Numbered from the stretch's first letter, positions 51,075 to 60,513 are shown. The stretch: DNA of 64,000 bases from an uncultured virus (IMG/VR IMGVR_UViG_3300037963_003145) (IMGVR_UViG_3300037963_003145), one strand, 5' to 3'. The notes: generated from the letters alone by a model not told the origin. Made by a program: numbers and translations.

Positions 51075-52244
51075 ATGGAGTTTATGGTGGATACAAAAAA
51101 AAGAATTGATGGAATGACAGTGTTCAATTCCAACAAAACTGATCTTAAAAAACAACCAATGTTCTTTGGAGCCCCTCTTGGGGTCCAAAGATACGATACA
51201 TATAAGTATCCAATTTTTGACAAATTAACTCAGCAACAACTGGGTTATTTCTGGAGACCAGAAGAAGTATCATTGCAGAAGGATCGTGCGGACTATCAGA
51301 CATTACGCCCAGAGCAAAAGCACATTTTTACCAGCAATCTTAAATACCAGATCATGCTGGATTCTGTACAAGGGAGGGGTCCTGGGATGGCTTTTATCCC
51401 TTATTGTTCACTACCCGAACTAGAAGCTTGTATGACTATTTGGGAAACTATGGAGATGATCCATAGTCGCTCATACACATACATCATTAAGAATGTCTAT
51501 CCAGATCCTTCAGAAGTATTTGATACTATTCTTGATGATGAAAGAATCTTGAAACGTGCTGAAACTGTTACTAAAGCATATGACGAGTTGATTAGTCAAG
51601 CTCACATATATGATACAGGTAATCTGTGGAGACAAGATTGGAAAGATTCTCCAACTTCTATGTGGGAGGTAAAGGAACTGAAGCGTAAACTGTATCGTGC
51701 AGTGATGAATGTTAATATCCTTGAGGGTATTCGTTTCTATGTTTCATTTGCATGTACGTTTGCATTTGGTGAACTAAAACTTATGGAAGGTTCAGCAAAG
51801 ATTATCTCACTGATTGCTCGTGACGAAAGTCAACACCTAGTAATCACCCAAAACATTCTGAAGAATTGGGCGAATGGTGATGATCCTGAGATGTTAGAAA
51901 TCATGCAGGAAGAGGAAGAGAATGTCTATCAGATGTTTAAAGACACTGTAGAAGAAGAGAAGGATTGGGCAGAATATCTCTTCAAAGATGGATCTATGAT
52001 TGGTTTGAATGCTAAACTACTCGATTCTTATGTTGAGTATATTGCTAACCGTCGTATGAAAGCAATTGGTTTAAAACCAATCTTTGATACTCCTATGTCA
52101 AACAATCCATTACCTTGGACACAACATTGGTTGAACTCCAAGATGATGCAGAATGCTCCTCAGGAAACTGAGATTGAATCTTATGTCATTGGAGGTATTA
52201 AACAGGATGTTAAGAAGGATACGTTCGCTGGTTTCCAATTGTGA
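51075..52244 (+). CDS. nrdB: Ribonucleotide reductase beta
   Basis: FWRPEEV, EMIHSRSY, EGIRFY, RDESQH, APQETE. Confidence 0.99.
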   Translation: MEFMVDTKKRIDGMTVFNSNKTDLKKQPMFFGAPLGVQRYDTYKYPIFDKLTQQQLGYFWRPEEVSLQKDRADYQTLRPEQKHIFTSNLKYQIMLDSVQGRGPGMAFIPYCSLPELEACMTIWETMEMIHSRSYTYIIKNVYPDPSEVFDTILDDERILKRAETVTKAYDELISQAHIYDTGNLWRQDWKDSPTSMWEVKELKRKLYRAVMNVNILEGIRFYVSFACTFAFGELKLMEGSAKIISLIARDESQHLVITQNILKNWANGDDPEMLEIMQEEEENVYQMFKDTVEEEKDWAEYLFKDGSMIGLNAKLLDSYVEYIANRRMKAIGLKPIFDTPMSNNPLPWTQHWLNSKMMQNAPQETEIESYVIGGIKQDVKKDTFAGFQL

Positions 52245-52408
52245 CGAATTATTCTTTGCCTGGTTGGAGGGAAAAGATCCTAGAATCAAACCTTCCAACC
52301 CAAGCGGAGAGAGACCTACTATCAAGAGGTCCGTCAAGTCTCGCTCAAGCCTGGAGGATGCAGGCAATAAAATACAAATACCAGATCCATGGGATTGAGG
52401 AGCCGTAA
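52241..52408 (+). CDS. Small hypothetical protein (55 aa)
   Basis: GTGA-coupled to nrdB: MTNYSLPGWREK...GPSSLAQAWRMQAIKYKY. Confidence 0.55.
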   Translation: MTNYSLPGWREKILESNLPTQAERDLLSRGPSSLAQAWRMQAIKYKYQIHGIEEP

Positions 52409-52420
52409 GGCTCCTTTTTT
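52398..52420 (+). terminator. Intrinsic terminator
   Basis: AGGAGCC-GTAA-GGCTCCT + T-run. Confidence 0.9.
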
Positions 52421-52452
52421 GTATCTAAATACTTAAGGTAATAAAAAAGCAT

Positions 52453-52770
52453 ATGTTGTCTACACAATACCGTCTAAGGATGGAGTTTATTTGCACAAAG
52501 ATTGCCAACAACGAAGAGGTAAAAATTGAAGATATGATCTGGGCGCAGAAATTAGCTAAGTCTAATAAATCTGCTGAAGCCATGTTACGTATGGCCAGGA
52601 GGAAAGCAACCTCTCCAGACGCGCCTGAGGGTGGCTTAGATGATTTTATGAATAGGATGGATATTGGCGATCCCGATCCATCCAATCACAGGTCAGGGTT
52701 CGGTAGTGTGGATGAAATTGTTGAATGGTTTCATCAGGAAAAAACAGATGACTGGAGACAACGTGACTAA
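52453..52770 (+). CDS. Conserved hypothetical protein
   Basis: MLSTQYRLR...GDPDPSNH...DDWRQRD. Confidence 0.85.
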   Translation: MLSTQYRLRMEFICTKIANNEEVKIEDMIWAQKLAKSNKSAEAMLRMARRKATSPDAPEGGLDDFMNRMDIGDPDPSNHRSGFGSVDEIVEWFHQEKTDDWRQRD

Positions 52771-53059
52771 ACAACTTTTTCTTGTTGATATTGAAGATGG
52801 TAGGTCTGTCATGCATGATGGATATATTCAACTTGGTGTTTTCCCTCACTCTGCTGAAAGACACATTGAGTTAAGTAACTCTATTTGTGGTGATGATCCA
52901 ATTGATTGGCAAGTAACATACTGGATGCCTGATCCATTTTGTATGAGGTACAAAAGATCCAACTTCCAGAAGACTATGAAGGCGAACGAAGGTTCACCTA
53001 AGACTGATAATTCATCGGACTACAATCAACCACAATCAAGATTAGATAGAACATTATAG
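52763..53059 (+). CDS. Hypothetical protein
   Basis: GTG start; WQVTYWMPDPF, NEGSPKTDN. Confidence 0.7.
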   Translation: MTKQLFLVDIEDGRSVMHDGYIQLGVFPHSAERHIELSNSICGDDPIDWQVTYWMPDPFCMRYKRSNFQKTMKANEGSPKTDNSSDYNQPQSRLDRTL

Positions 53060-53063
53060 GGGA

Positions 53064-53092
53064 TTGACACATCTGTTGAATGTCAGTAGAAT
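53064..53092 (+). promoter_or_regulatory. Sigma70-type promoter (part of duplicated element)
   Basis: TTGACA-17-TAGAAT. Confidence 0.8.
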
Positions 53093-53143
53093 AACTCTGC
53101 TAGGGTTCAAGGGAACTATATAGCTTAAATTTAAAGCTATAAT

Positions 53144-53476
53144 ATGAAACCTCAAAGTGCAAAGGCGAAAGGTAGAAATTTACAGAAGTGGGTTAGAGAA
53201 CAACTCATTGAAAGATTAGATATTCATCCTGAGGATGTTGAATCTAGATCTATGGGTGCTGGTGGAGAGGATTTAATTATGGCACGTGCTGCCAGAGAAA
53301 AGTTTCCACATAGTATTGAATGTAAGAATGTAGAAAAATTAAATGTATGGGACGCTTACGATCAGGCAAAAGCTAATTGTGGTAAGTATGAACCTCTTGT
53401 GGTTATGAAGAAGAATCATAAAAAACCACTAGTTGTTGTGGATGCAGAATATTTTATTAGCCTTTTTAATAAATAG
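53144..53476 (+). CDS. Holliday-junction-resolvase-like PD-(D/E)XK nuclease
   Basis: KAKGR, GEDL, SIECKN. Confidence 0.75.
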   Translation: MKPQSAKAKGRNLQKWVREQLIERLDIHPEDVESRSMGAGGEDLIMARAAREKFPHSIECKNVEKLNVWDAYDQAKANCGKYEPLVVMKKNHKKPLVVVDAEYFISLFNK

Positions 53477-53497
53477 GGCTGCCTTACCTTTTTTAAT

Positions 53498-53782
53498 ATG
53501 GAGTCAAATCCACAGAAGAAAGAGGAAACCAAAAAGGAAAATAAATTTGAGTGGGCTGATGAAGGGGTATCTACCCTGGTACGTGTTGTTATTTTAGGCT
53601 GGTCAGCATCAATCCTGACCCTTAATTATGTAACTGTTCCTGGTATTCCTCAAAAAAACATTGATCCAACTTTTATAGCATCTGTCTTTACTGGCACGCT
53701 AGCTACTTTTGGAGTTATGCCTGCTAAGAAGAAGGATGAAGAAAAACCTAAAGAGGAAAAAACTGATGCAAAAATTAATTAA
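53498..53782 (+). CDS. Two-TM membrane protein
   Basis: LVRVVILGWS, IDPTFIASVFTGTLATFGV; charged tail. Confidence 0.8.
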   Translation: MESNPQKKEETKKENKFEWADEGVSTLVRVVILGWSASILTLNYVTVPGIPQKNIDPTFIASVFTGTLATFGVMPAKKKDEEKPKEEKTDAKIN

Positions 53783-54023
53783 TATTCTCGCTCTTGCTTC
53801 TTTTGCTGTATCTGCTTCTATTGTTGGTGCAGGTACATATCTCTATCTTAATAAAGATGTATTAATTGAAGATGCAAGAAACAATGTAACTAAGGCTGCT
53901 ACAGAAGCAATTACTGATGCGCTTCCTGGTTTAGTTAACTCAGCAATGCCTAAGTTACCATCCGCTACTGGTGGTGCAATTCCAACTGGTGGTATGACTG
54001 GTCCTGATATTCGATTACCATGA
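53766..54023 (+). CDS. Membrane-anchored hypothetical protein
   Basis: N-terminal TM; Pro/Gly tail. Confidence 0.75.
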   Translation: MQKLINILALASFAVSASIVGAGTYLYLNKDVLIEDARNNVTKAATEAITDALPGLVNSAMPKLPSATGGAIPTGGMTGPDIRLP

Positions 54024-54604
54024 CAAAACCTTCTCCATTAAAAATAACAGCTATCGCATTAGGTGCGGTTGTAGGAATTTCTCATGTAGGATTACTCGGT
54101 TATGTTCTGAGAGACAATACTCCTACAGTTAAACAAGTTCCTACTATCAATATTCCCCGTGGTGATTATTCTTCTTACACTATTAAAGCGGGTAAAGATG
54201 GATATGAAATAGAATACCGTGCTAACGATCCTGCTATTTTAGAATCAGAAAGATCTCTACATCTTGATAAAGATAAGAGAGGATGGTTCGGTGGAGGTTC
54301 TGAAGTACGGAATGAATATCGTCGTGATCAATATACTATGGACGGAACCCGTAACATCGGGGGAGGTGAAATAGGTGAAGTGGGAAAGACAGGAGGTGTC
54401 AGCGCCGAGTGTTTAGTGGCAGACGCTGGGGCCCGATCACAAGGTGCGATGGCGGGAACTAGTATTGCTGCTGGTATCGGTGTTCCTGCTGTTGCTAGTA
54501 TTCCATACATCGGTTGGTTAGCTGGTGGGTGGATGTTACTCCTAGGACAGAAAGCAGGATCTGAATTAGGATCACAAGTTGGTAGTGTATTTAATGATTG
54601 CTAA
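54020..54604 (+). CDS. Membrane protein with glycine-zipper-like C-terminus
   Basis: N-terminal TM; GAMAG...IPYIGWLAGGW...GQKAGSELG. Confidence 0.8.
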   Translation: MTKPSPLKITAIALGAVVGISHVGLLGYVLRDNTPTVKQVPTINIPRGDYSSYTIKAGKDGYEIEYRANDPAILESERSLHLDKDKRGWFGGGSEVRNEYRRDQYTMDGTRNIGGGEIGEVGKTGGVSAECLVADAGARSQGAMAGTSIAAGIGVPAVASIPYIGWLAGGWMLLLGQKAGSELGSQVGSVFNDC

Positions 54605-55422
54605 TGGATATTCCAGAAATTCGAGTTGATAATTTAGATATTAGAACAACTAAATTAGATATTAAATCAATTGAAATTGTTGATGTATTGAATGCACCAT
54701 CATCATCGATACCAGTTGCGCCTCCAGTTGTTCTTAATGTAGGTATACCAGTTGTTGATATGCCTGGTTGCGTAGAGGCGCATGAAACTAATAACGTAAA
54801 GAATGATAAAATCAATGAAGACGATTCAAACGGTCTGGTCACGTACTGCGATACTGGTCTTCCTGGTTTCAATCCTATTTCTTTTGAACCTGAGCAGATG
54901 ATATTTACTGGTGAGGCTGAAGTGCCACCAGTAAAACCACCAGAGTCTCCAGAAGTTCCTGAAGCACCAGAGGTCAAACCACCACCAGTCAAGTCTGCAA
55001 CAATAGAGTGTCCAACGCCTGCTCAAGACGCAAAAGAACCCGTCGGCACATTGGTCAACGGGTTCAGAGAAAAAGTTACTGGATATAAACTAATAGGAAA
55101 TGAATGTATTCAGGAAACTGAACCAGTTCCTATTCAAGTACAATTAGTAGAAGGATTACCTAGCGCTGGTGCGGTGACCGCCACCGCTTCGATTGCTGTT
55201 GTTGCGACGACTTCTGCACTGCTCGCAAAACCTCTTGCTGACCTTCTGTTAAAAGTGGTGAAACCTGCTGTGAAGAAAGTGATGAAGAAGATTGCTGCGA
55301 TAAGGGGGAAGACTCTCCCTGTCCAGTCCGTGAAGGAACGTCAGGTTGAACAACGTCAGAGGAATCATGCGATTCGTGCTCTTCGTGAGGTTTTACCGAA
55401 GAAGAAGAAACCGAAGGGATAG
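54604..55422 (+). CDS. Pro-rich protein with C-terminal TM
   Basis: MPGCVEAH, CD, ECP, PEVP repeats, TATASIAVVATTSALL. Confidence 0.8.
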   Translation: MDIPEIRVDNLDIRTTKLDIKSIEIVDVLNAPSSSIPVAPPVVLNVGIPVVDMPGCVEAHETNNVKNDKINEDDSNGLVTYCDTGLPGFNPISFEPEQMIFTGEAEVPPVKPPESPEVPEAPEVKPPPVKSATIECPTPAQDAKEPVGTLVNGFREKVTGYKLIGNECIQETEPVPIQVQLVEGLPSAGAVTATASIAVVATTSALLAKPLADLLLKVVKPAVKKVMKKIAAIRGKTLPVQSVKERQVEQRQRNHAIRALREVLPKKKKPKG

Positions 55423-56203
55423 CATGAACGTGTGGGTGTGTATGTCCTGGTGGATTATTTACCAACACATCTGCACAAATTTTATAATAGGGACTCTTGG
55501 GGTGGAATTGAATACCACGTAGCATCAAATCGCCACAGTTCTTAAGTCTTGCTATTTCAAAATCCAATCTCTTATTAGCAGTTAGTTGTTGCATCATTTC
55601 GATGTTAGCAGCTGCTGCTTCTTTACATTGTTCTTGTAACTTATTATCTAATGGTCTGGACCATGTAGCAGAAAAACCTATTGATAGGTTAGTATTATTC
55701 TTTTGACCTGTTCTAACTGGAACTTGATAAAGCACTGATCCCGGATTATCCGGTGCTCCGTCTTCATCTAGGTCACGCATGTCATAAACATTATCAAAGT
55801 ATTCATCCTGAAATGGATGTTGTTGTGATAAAGACCCCGTTACATACGGGGTAACATTCATAGTTGGTCCCTGGCATTGAATTCCTCCGCCATAAGTATT
55901 TGTGATATAGGGACCTTGTAAAACCTGGATCGCTTGATTAGTAACAGAGCCTGAAGAATTAGCAACAGGAGCAGCTGTGGCGCTAACACCACCCACAGTC
56001 TCAGCGATTGCTTGAGATGGAAATAATACACTTAAACCTATTGCGAGAAGATACTTGTAGTGTCCGTTATACTTTGAACCTCTGTCACTCTTTCTATAAT
56101 TGTATGGTTGCTTAGCCCTGGACCTTGATAGGTTTCGGTGAATTGAAAAGCAGCCCCTGGTGTTGTTTGTGTGAATTGGGGTTTGGTGCTGATTCCTGTC
56201 CAT
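55160..56203 (-). CDS. Exported hypothetical protein (start uncertain)
   Basis: Signal-like KYLLAIGLSVLFPSQAIA; ANSSGSVTNQAIQ, CQGP, RLKNCG. Confidence 0.75.
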   Translation of the reverse strand: MDRNQHQTPIHTNNTRGCFSIHRNLSRSRAKQPYNYRKSDRGSKYNGHYKYLLAIGLSVLFPSQAIAETVGGVSATAAPVANSSGSVTNQAIQVLQGPYITNTYGGGIQCQGPTMNVTPYVTGSLSQQHPFQDEYFDNVYDMRDLDEDGAPDNPGSVLYQVPVRTGQKNNTNLSIGFSATWSRPLDNKLQEQCKEAAAANIEMMQQLTANKRLDFEIARLKNCGDLMLRGIQFHPKSPYYKICADVLVNNPPGHTHPHVHAIPSVSSSSVKPHEEHESHDSSDVVQPDVPSRTGQGESSPLSQQSSSSLSSQQVSPLLTEGQQEVLRAVQKSSQQQQSKRWRSPHQR

Positions 56204-56502
56204 GTTGATGTCACTCCGTCAATCGTTACATTGTTTGTTCCTGTCCCTGGAGACAGATTTCCATTTGCTGTAACACCACTACCAGTTGCTGAATACTGGT
56301 ATCCGGTGTTATAATCCATTGAATTAATGGTTTCAGTTATTTTCTGAGTCGTCTCTGTGTGGCTCGTCATTGAGCCCTGTGTGAAGTTTGGGACCACGGG
56401 GACCGCCCGGGCACTTGCAGCAGTAAGAGAGACTGCCACCACACTTATCACAGTAGATGTGATTGTCTTTCCAAAATGGATGTTCACGGGGATTGTCCTC
56501 AA
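56038..56502 (-). CDS. Exported hypothetical protein
   Basis: Signal ending ASARA; VPVVPNFTQGS...TTSIFSQ. Confidence 0.8.
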   Translation of the reverse strand: MRTIPVNIHFGKTITSTVISVVAVSLTAASARAVPVVPNFTQGSMTSHTETTQKITETINSMDYNTGYQYSATGSGVTANGNLSPGTGTNNVTIDGVTSTWTGISTKPQFTQTTPGAAFQFTETYQGPGLSNHTIIERVTEVQSITDTTSIFSQ

Positions 56503-57002
56503 TCAATTACCGTGATCTCTGATACAAATTGTCCGATTCCACTTGTTCCGGCGCCTCCTGCGGTGACTGTGAGGACTCCAGCAGAGGTGACAGTTCCAGC
56601 AAGGCTTCCAGCAGAACCTGCAGTGTAAGAAGTGGTGTTAGAAAAGTTAGGCACTGTACCTACCGTTGCAGCACTTTGGGGAACAGCATCACCTTGAGTA
56701 TATGATTGACTAAAGGAGAATGCAGCTCCTGCTGTATCTTGAGTAGCAGCGATAGTACCTGGTGCATAGATACCAGAAGTGATAGTGCCAGCAGAAACAG
56801 TCCCTGCAGTATTACCATCAGTAGTATCTATATTAGATCCAGAGATACTAAATGTTGAGCCAATTCTAGTTGCTTGTGTTCTTGCTGCATCTACGGTCAG
56901 CTGAACACTAGAAGCGTGTTTGGATACTATACCACCAGCGTGTGCTGCTGATGTTGTCATCAATAACATTACGAGTGGAAGAATTTTATTCATAACGCTC
57001 AT
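56499..57002 (-). CDS. Exported S/T/G/A-rich hypothetical protein
   Basis: Signal ending SAAHA; SSVQLTVD, FSFSQSY, GQFVSEIT. Confidence 0.8.
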   Translation of the reverse strand: MSVMNKILPLVMLLMTTSAAHAGGIVSKHASSVQLTVDAARTQATRIGSTFSISGSNIDTTDGNTAGTVSAGTITSGIYAPGTIAATQDTAGAAFSFSQSYTQGDAVPQSAATVGTVPNFSNTTSYTAGSAGSLAGTVTSAGVLTVTAGGAGTSGIGQFVSEITVID

Positions 57003-57090
57003 AGTTTGGACTGCTATTATTTAGATACTCTCACATTTCAACATTAAAACATTATGGGGATATCTAAATAGCTTGAAATTATTGGTTATA

Positions 57091-57255
57091 ATGGCTAGGA
57101 ATCAAATCACCAAGATTGACCTTATGTCAACCATCTACAAATGGAAAACTAGTTTATATGACCATGGAAAATCAAATTTATCAATTGAAGCCCAGACAGG
57201 GTATCATGAGGCGCTTAATGACATTCTTGAATATCTCAAACAGTTCGGACGTTAA
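57091..57255 (+). CDS. Small hypothetical protein
   Basis: MARNQITKIDL...; CTAAATA late box upstream. Confidence 0.6.
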   Translation: MARNQITKIDLMSTIYKWKTSLYDHGKSNLSIEAQTGYHEALNDILEYLKQFGR

Positions 57256-57317
57256 TAGTAACATTACGGATGTTACAAATTCACCTGCAGATTGGGAGGA
57301 TTTTTGGTATAATGAGG

Positions 57318-57560
57318 ATGGAAGAAATTAAACCTTCTCACTACGTAACAGAAGAAAAGTGTCAGGAGATGATTGATGCTGCTATTACTCAGCACAATCG
57401 TAATGCGTCTATGATTAGTATGATCCTAGGGATTATATTTTTCGCACTCTTTGCTGATGGATTCTTCAGAATAATTGGCATGATCCCTCCTTTCCTGGGG
57501 ATCGATGTTAGTATCATCAAAGAAATTGTTCAGGAAGTTTTGGAAAAAATTCAATCATGA
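57318..57560 (+). CDS. Small membrane protein
   Basis: CQEMIDAAI..HNRNAS.ISM; TM; coupled to gnd. Confidence 0.75.
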   Translation: MEEIKPSHYVTEEKCQEMIDAAITQHNRNASMISMILGIIFFALFADGFFRIIGMIPPFLGIDVSIIKEIVQEVLEKIQS

Positions 57561-58624
57561 AAGTAGGTATTATTGGTCTGGGTCGCATGGGTGAGGGTAT
57601 GTCTCGCCGCATGATGAAAGCAGACATCGAAGTTCACGGTTATAGGAGAAACTATGCTAAAGCTCAAGAACAATTTGAAAAGGGTTATATCAGTGGATGT
57701 ACCACTTCTATTGAAACTCTTGTTCAAGTAGTAAAATTTAAGGAGGTTATCTACGGAGAAAAATCTGGAGAAACAATCCACACAGAACAACCAGGTGTTT
57801 TCATGATGGTTGTCCCAGCAGAACTTGTACAGGAGACTTTAGATGAGCTACTACAGTTTTGTAGCGAGGGAGATATTATTATTGATCATGGCAATAGCAA
57901 TTTTAAAGACAGTCGGAAGAGAGCCGAGTACTGTGCAAAATTGGGCATCGCATATCTTGACTGTGGCACTAGTGGTGGTGTCTATGGTTTGGATCGTGGA
58001 TACTGTCTTATGGTTGGTGGCGGAGGTACTGCAGTCGATGCTTGCCGCTCAATCTTTGATGCACTCTCTCCAGGCATCAATGCTGCACCAAGAACAGGTG
58101 ACAAAGATTATGTGTGGTATCCAGAAGAATATGGATGGATGCACTGTGGTGGACCAGGTGCGGGTCATTTTGTAAAGATGGTCCACAACGGTATTGAATA
58201 TGGTATCATGCAAGCATATGCAGAAGGTTTTAATATTCTTCATGAGGCAAATGCAGGAAGAGCTTATGTTGCTGAAGGTGATGCCGAAGTGGCTCCCATG
58301 GAACACCCCGAAGATTATTGTTACGATATTGATGTATCTAAGGTTGCTGAGTTATGGCGTAGGGGTTCTGTTGTTGGTAGCTGGTTACTTGACCTTACCG
58401 CTGATGTTTTACGGAGCGATCGAGAGCTTAGCAAGTTCGATGGGGGAGTATCAGATAGTGGTGAGGGTCGTTGGACTGTTCACGCTGCTGTGGATCTCGG
58501 TGTTCCAGCCCCTGTTATTTCTTCTGCTCTCTATGAACGTTTCGGATCTAGGAGATTAGGGAAATTTGCAAACAAAATTTTGAACGGAATGCGTGCTATG
58601 TTTGGTGGTCATGACGTTCGCTGA
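57557..58624 (+). CDS. gnd: 6-phosphogluconate dehydrogenase
   Basis: GLGRMG, DHGNS, GTSGG, GHFVKMVHNGIEY, DSGEGRW, FGGH. Confidence 0.97.
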   Translation: MKVGIIGLGRMGEGMSRRMMKADIEVHGYRRNYAKAQEQFEKGYISGCTTSIETLVQVVKFKEVIYGEKSGETIHTEQPGVFMMVVPAELVQETLDELLQFCSEGDIIIDHGNSNFKDSRKRAEYCAKLGIAYLDCGTSGGVYGLDRGYCLMVGGGGTAVDACRSIFDALSPGINAAPRTGDKDYVWYPEEYGWMHCGGPGAGHFVKMVHNGIEYGIMQAYAEGFNILHEANAGRAYVAEGDAEVAPMEHPEDYCYDIDVSKVAELWRRGSVVGSWLLDLTADVLRSDRELSKFDGGVSDSGEGRWTVHAAVDLGVPAPVISSALYERFGSRRLGKFANKILNGMRAMFGGHDVR

Positions 58625-58742
58625 TGTCCTTTTTTGGGGAGCAATACCGTTTGTACTTTCCACAGTATATTTCGGGTTACGAAAAGGTGAAAATGTCTAC
58701 TATGAATCGGAGGATTATGACGGAAATGGAACTGCCCATTAG
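58611..58742 (+). CDS. ndhP: NdhP-like NDH-1 subunit (43 aa), not in ORF track
   Basis: MTFADVLFWGAIPFVLSTVYFGLRKGENVYYESEDYDGNGTAH: one TM + FG...Y.S.DYDGNG(S/T)AH end. Confidence 0.8.
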   Translation: MTFADVLFWGAIPFVLSTVYFGLRKGENVYYESEDYDGNGTAH

Positions 58743-60066
58743 TAAACGTATAGTTATCTTTGGTGCTACTGGAGATCTATGCAGGAGAAAATTAATTCCA
58801 GCACTATATCAATTATGGTGTAAACATCTACTACCACAAAGTCTTTTAATTGTAGGTGCTTCTAGAAGAGAAATTGAAAGACAAACCTGGATAGATTCAT
58901 TAGGAGAATATGCAGAGGAGTTTACACACTGGTTAGACTTTGTGTCTTGTGATTTATCTTGTCCAGAAAGTCTAATGAAACTGCATGATAAAAGTGCAGA
59001 TACAACTTATTTTTTATCAGTTCCGCCTAATACATATGCGGATGCAATTACTAATCTTAAATCAGCAGGATTCTTAGATGACCCAGAAAGATCGCGTGTT
59101 GTTATTGAAAAACCCTTTGGGTACGATCTTAAATCTGCTGATCATCTACAGCATGTGGTGGAGCGAAATCTACGCGAGAAACAAGTCTATCGCATTGATC
59201 ATTATCTCGGTAAAGATACTGTTAATAATATCCTTACCACCCGTTTTAGCAATACTTTACTGGAACCACTTTGGAACCGGCAGTACATAGATGAGGTTCA
59301 GATCTTCGCTACCGAAACTATAGGGTGTGAAGGTCGTTCACAATACTATGATGGTTCGGGTGTCGTTAGAGACATGTTACAGAACCATATGCTACAGGTT
59401 CTTGCATTGATTGCTATGGAAGCGCCATGTAGGATGAATGCTACAGAGATTCGTAGAGAGAAAACAAAAGTTCTTGCTGCAACTAGATTAGGACACAAAG
59501 TAGTTTTTGGACAGTACGATGATTACAAATCTGAGGAAGGTGTTGATCCTGACAGTCACACTGCTACCTATATTGCTGGTGACTTATATATCGATAACTG
59601 GCGTTGGGAGGGAGTTCCTTTTCACTTTATGAGTGGAAAGAAAATGCCTTATCAATGTGTTGAGGTAGTTATTAAACTTAAAGCACCACCACAACAATTG
59701 TTTGATGGTCATGAATATAATGACCGTATTGTAATGAGATTACAACCACATCCACACTTTGATATTAGAATTAATATGAAAGCACCTGGATTTAAAAATG
59801 ATGTTGAGACTGCAACTCTCACTCATCGATATCCAGATTGGTTAGGTGTCGATGGTTATGAAAAACTTCTATATGATGCTCTTTATAATGACCAGTCACA
59901 CTTTGTTCATTCAGAAGAAGTTCTAGAATCTTGGAGGATTGTCGATGATTTACTTTGCACTGGGGATAATTGCCCCATACGTACTACTCCTTATGTCTAT
60001 CGTCCTGGTTCCTGGGGACCATGGCACAAAACAGATGAAATAACTAAATGGGATTTTCCAGCATGA
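58717..60066 (+). CDS. zwf: Glucose-6-phosphate dehydrogenase
   Basis: FGATGDL, EKPFG, RIDHYLGK, DMLQNH, NWRWEGVPF; start 58717 or 58726 after GGAGG. Confidence 0.97.
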   Translation: MTEMELPISKRIVIFGATGDLCRRKLIPALYQLWCKHLLPQSLLIVGASRREIERQTWIDSLGEYAEEFTHWLDFVSCDLSCPESLMKLHDKSADTTYFLSVPPNTYADAITNLKSAGFLDDPERSRVVIEKPFGYDLKSADHLQHVVERNLREKQVYRIDHYLGKDTVNNILTTRFSNTLLEPLWNRQYIDEVQIFATETIGCEGRSQYYDGSGVVRDMLQNHMLQVLALIAMEAPCRMNATEIRREKTKVLAATRLGHKVVFGQYDDYKSEEGVDPDSHTATYIAGDLYIDNWRWEGVPFHFMSGKKMPYQCVEVVIKLKAPPQQLFDGHEYNDRIVMRLQPHPHFDIRINMKAPGFKNDVETATLTHRYPDWLGVDGYEKLLYDALYNDQSHFVHSEEVLESWRIVDDLLCTGDNCPIRTTPYVYRPGSWGPWHKTDEITKWDFPA

Positions 60067-60146
60067 GTTCTTTATTTGTATTCACATTTATATTACTCCT
60101 CGTCTCGGTGATGGAGTACACATGGCCTATCAAAAACAGAAGGTAG
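60063..60146 (+). CDS. Possible 27-aa single-TM peptide
   Basis: ATGA-coupled to zwf; MSSLFVFTFILLLVSVMEYTWPIKNRR. Confidence 0.5.
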   Translation: MSSLFVFTFILLLVSVMEYTWPIKNRR

Positions 60147-60148
60147 CA

Positions 60149-60307
60149 ATGCATTTCATTCAACTATTTGTTCGACATACCATGGAGAATCCATATTCTC
60201 TAGGACTGCTGTCTTTACTACTAATTGTAGTTCCTATCATAGGAATGGACCTAGTTCATAAATACGGCTGGGAGCATTGGGAACCTTTTACGAGGAAACA
60301 TGAATGA
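60149..60307 (+). CDS. Small membrane protein
   Basis: TM + HKYGWEHWEPF. Confidence 0.7.
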   Translation: MHFIQLFVRHTMENPYSLGLLSLLLIVVPIIGMDLVHKYGWEHWEPFTRKHE

Positions 60308-60513
60308 ATCCAATAATTTTAATTGGTTGTTTATCGCCGATAGTTATAATCTTTATTGTGATGAAGATTGCTGTTTGGATGTCTGCTGTAAATACTGAGG
60401 CGGATTATGTCAGAAAAGAACCTTTACGAAAACGAGGACCCTACGTGGCAAATCCATATGCAGATGTTGACGAAGAGGAAGAAGAATATGGAGATCGCAC
60501 AGATTATAGATGA
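60304..60513 (+). CDS. Small membrane protein
   Basis: N-terminal TM; acidic tail. Confidence 0.7.
   Translation: MNPIILIGCLSPIVIIFIVMKIAVWMSAVNTEADYVRKEPLRKRGPYVANPYADVDEEEEEYGDRTDYR

Noticed and set aside
52153..52398. 81-aa ORF overlapping the nrdB end
   Set aside because: The GTGA-coupled frame at 52241 is the better call; dual coding is not excluded but is unsupported.
58624..58716. N-terminal extension of zwf
   Set aside because: Region encodes ndhP in another frame; the GGAGG RBS supports a start at 58717 or 58726.
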